A stretch of 64,000 bases of DNA from an uncultured Clostridia bacterium (GTDB lineage: Bacteria; Bacillota; Clostridia; Christensenellales; UBA1242). Every line of letters begins with the position of its first letter. Position 1 is the first letter of the stretch. The position numbers and the translations under genes are program-made. Below, piece by piece: positions 62,288 through 64,000 of the stretch. Under the pieces are notes generated by a model that ran no database searches, had not been told where the DNA came from, and was given only the letters and a program-made list of their open reading frames with translations. The DNA is taken from the NCBI GenBank assembly GCA_944350085.1, contig CALVNY010000004.1, positions 2,724 to 66,723 of the forward strand. Direction: 5' to 3'.

Positions 62288-63463
62288 TTATTCTTTTATA
62301 ATTTCATTATAAAAACTTGTTCCTTCCAAATTTTCAGATTTAACTAAAAACATATCAAGAATTGTTTTGCCAATACTTCCAAAGCATTGTTTTATTCCCA
62401 AATTATTATTCTCTTTAATTTTCTTGCCATAAGCAAGCATTGGAACATATTCTCTACTATGGTCTGTACTTTCAGTTGATGGGTCACAACCATGGTCGGC
62501 TGTAACAATTAAAACATCGTCATCACGCATATTTTCCATAAACAAGCCCAACTTTTTGTCAAACTCTGTAACTGCACTAGCATAACCATCAATGTTGTTT
62601 CTATGCCCATATTTTGAATCAAAATCAACCAAATTTACAAAGCACAAACCTGTAAAGTCCTGCTTTTGAATTTCAAGTGTAACATCCATACCATTGTTGT
62701 TGTCGGTTATTGAATGCCCCTCATCAATTCCATAATTTGCAAAAATATCAGCAATTTTGCCCACTGAAATAACTTTTTTGCCAGCATTTTGCAAAGCATT
62801 TAACATGGTTGGTTTTGGTGGTAGCAACGAAAAATCGTGCCTATGTGGTGTTCTAACATAATTTGGATATGTTCCAACAAACGGCCTTGCAATAACTCTA
62901 CCAACAGCATATTCCCCACTTAAAAGTTCTCTTGCAATTTTGCAATATCTATAAAGTTCGTCAAGTGGCACAACATCTTCGTGCGCTGCAATTTGAAAAA
63001 CACTGTCAGCGCTAGTGTACACCATAAGTTTGCCTGTTTTTACATGTTCTTGGCCATAGTCCAAAAGCAAATCTGTTCCAGAATACACTTTGTTTACCAT
63101 GTAATCTCTGCCCCATGCTTTAACGATTTTGTCCATAATTTCCTTTGGAAATCCGTTAGGAAAAGTTGGCATAGGCTTTGTTGAAACAATTCCTGCCATT
63201 TCCCAATGCCCTGTTGTTGTGTCTTTGCCACAAGAAACTTCTTGCATTTTGCAATAACTACCAATAGTTTGATCAATTTTTTTGCCACAACCAACTCCGT
63301 CAATATTAAAAATTCCAAGTTTTGTTAAATTTGGTGCATTAAATAATTTAGAAGTAGTGCACGCTCTTAATGTGTTACTACCCTCATCATTAAATTTGTA
63401 AGCATCGGGTGCTTCCCCACAACCAAAACTATCCATTACAATTAAAAAAACTCTTTTTATCAT
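62288..63463 (-). CDS. deoB: phosphopentomutase
   Basis: RVFLIVMDSFGCGEAPDA, TADHGCDPS, 391 aa. Confidence 0.9.
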   Translation of the reverse strand: MIKRVFLIVMDSFGCGEAPDAYKFNDEGSNTLRACTTSKLFNAPNLTKLGIFNIDGVGCGKKIDQTIGSYCKMQEVSCGKDTTTGHWEMAGIVSTKPMPTFPNGFPKEIMDKIVKAWGRDYMVNKVYSGTDLLLDYGQEHVKTGKLMVYTSADSVFQIAAHEDVVPLDELYRYCKIARELLSGEYAVGRVIARPFVGTYPNYVRTPHRHDFSLLPPKPTMLNALQNAGKKVISVGKIADIFANYGIDEGHSITDNNNGMDVTLEIQKQDFTGLCFVNLVDFDSKYGHRNNIDGYASAVTEFDKKLGLFMENMRDDDVLIVTADHGCDPSTESTDHSREYVPMLAYGKKIKENNNLGIKQCFGSIGKTILDMFLVKSENLEGTSFYNEIIKE

Positions 63464-63464
63464 T

Positions 63465-64000
63465 TTAAATCATCTCCAAAGCCAATTTTATCATATTATT
63501 AAAACCTAGTTGCCTTTCTTCACTAGTTGTTTCTTCGCCTGTGATTAATGAATTCGAAACCGTGCAAATGGTTAATCCTTTTTTGTTGGCATTTCTTGCA
63601 TTTAAGTATATTGATGCACTTTCCATTTCAACACCCAAAAGATTGTGGTCTTTTGCTTTTTTAACTTCATCTTCTCTTGTGTAATATGTGTCTGAGCACA
63701 AAATATCTCCTGTGTGATACTCTAATCCTAATCTTTTAGCCACTTCTTCTGCCTTTTCAACCAATTCCTTTGTTGCACTTATATAGTTTTCCCCATTTTC
63801 AATATAAAAATTATCGTAGTTGGTGTTTGTATATGCTCTTTCGGCAATAACAATATCTTTAATTTTTACATCTTCTTTTGTTGTTCCAATGGAGCCAACT
63901 CTAATGATTGTGTCTACATCATAATTGTTAAATAGTTCATAGGTGTAAATTCCACAAGAAGCGTTTCCCATGCCATGAGCCATTACTGTTACCTTCTTTC
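63465..64000 (-). CDS. deoD: purine nucleoside phosphorylase, DeoD type (5' end beyond the window)
   Basis: VMAHGMGNASCGIYTYEL and GVEMESASIY. The reading frame stays open to the window edge, so the N-terminus is missing. Confidence 0.85.
   Translation of the reverse strand, partial: KKVTVMAHGMGNASCGIYTYELFNNYDVDTIIRVGSIGTTKEDVKIKDIVIAERAYTNTNYDNFYIENGENYISATKELVEKAEEVAKRLGLEYHTGDILCSDTYYTREDEVKKAKDHNLLGVEMESASIYLNARNANKKGLTICTVSNSLITGEETTSEERQLGFNNMIKLALEMI

Noticed and set aside
1-64000. Possible Mollicutes genetic code 4 (TGA = Trp), given the AT-richness and gene content.
   Set aside because: Trp positions in conserved proteins are encoded by TGG, for example WWKKF in glyQS. Long ORFs are intact under the standard code, and TGA serves as a stop, for example at the end of the ATPase gene at 1162.
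1-64000. CRISPR arrays, IS elements, integrases, prophage genes and named defence systems.
   Set aside because: I found no regularly spaced direct repeats. I recognised no transposase with intact catalytic residues, no integrase or recombinase, and no capsid, terminase or portal-like ORF. The only transposase-like ORF (21616-22371) lacks the HUH and Tyr residues and has no terminal structures.

Overview
This is a strongly AT-rich, gene-dense chromosomal segment. Most genes are on the minus strand, intergenic regions are short, and almost every transcription unit ends in a hairpin plus T-tract terminator. Gene content points to a low-GC Bacillota/Mollicutes-like bacterium. Trp is encoded by TGG and TGA is used as a stop, so I read it with the standard code 11.

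Housekeeping genes: glyQS, rpsB-tsf, serS behind a T-box leader, ychF, pepF, a YbiT-like ABC-F ATPase, xth, uppP, a P-type ATPase, hsp20 behind a CIRCE-like operator, an ECF-type sigma factor, and one tRNA-Arg(UCG) with a decayed tandem copy.

Nucleoside salvage and house-cleaning genes are unusually dense: a PRK/uridine-kinase-family kinase, rdgB, a YjjX NTPase, an NCS2 purine permease, a 5'(3')-deoxyribonucleotidase-like HAD, and pdp-deoB-deoD.

I saw no CRISPR array, IS element, prophage or named defence system.

The stretches most worth a second look:
- An operon of an intact metallophosphoesterase, a full-length active-site-dead paralogue and a zinc-ribbon protein. Together with a nearby acidic protein, they share an acidic C-terminal tail ending in DM/GM.
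- A catalytically dead IS200/RAYT-like HTH protein heading an operon with a 1653-aa modular surface protein. Its promoter is bracketed by a direct repeat.
- An adenylate-forming enzyme translationally coupled to two tandem HGSNAT-like transmembrane acyltransferases.
- A divergent DAC (diadenylate-cyclase-like) domain protein with an RRR variant of the RHR motif.

All family assignments were made by eye from motifs. No database searches were run.
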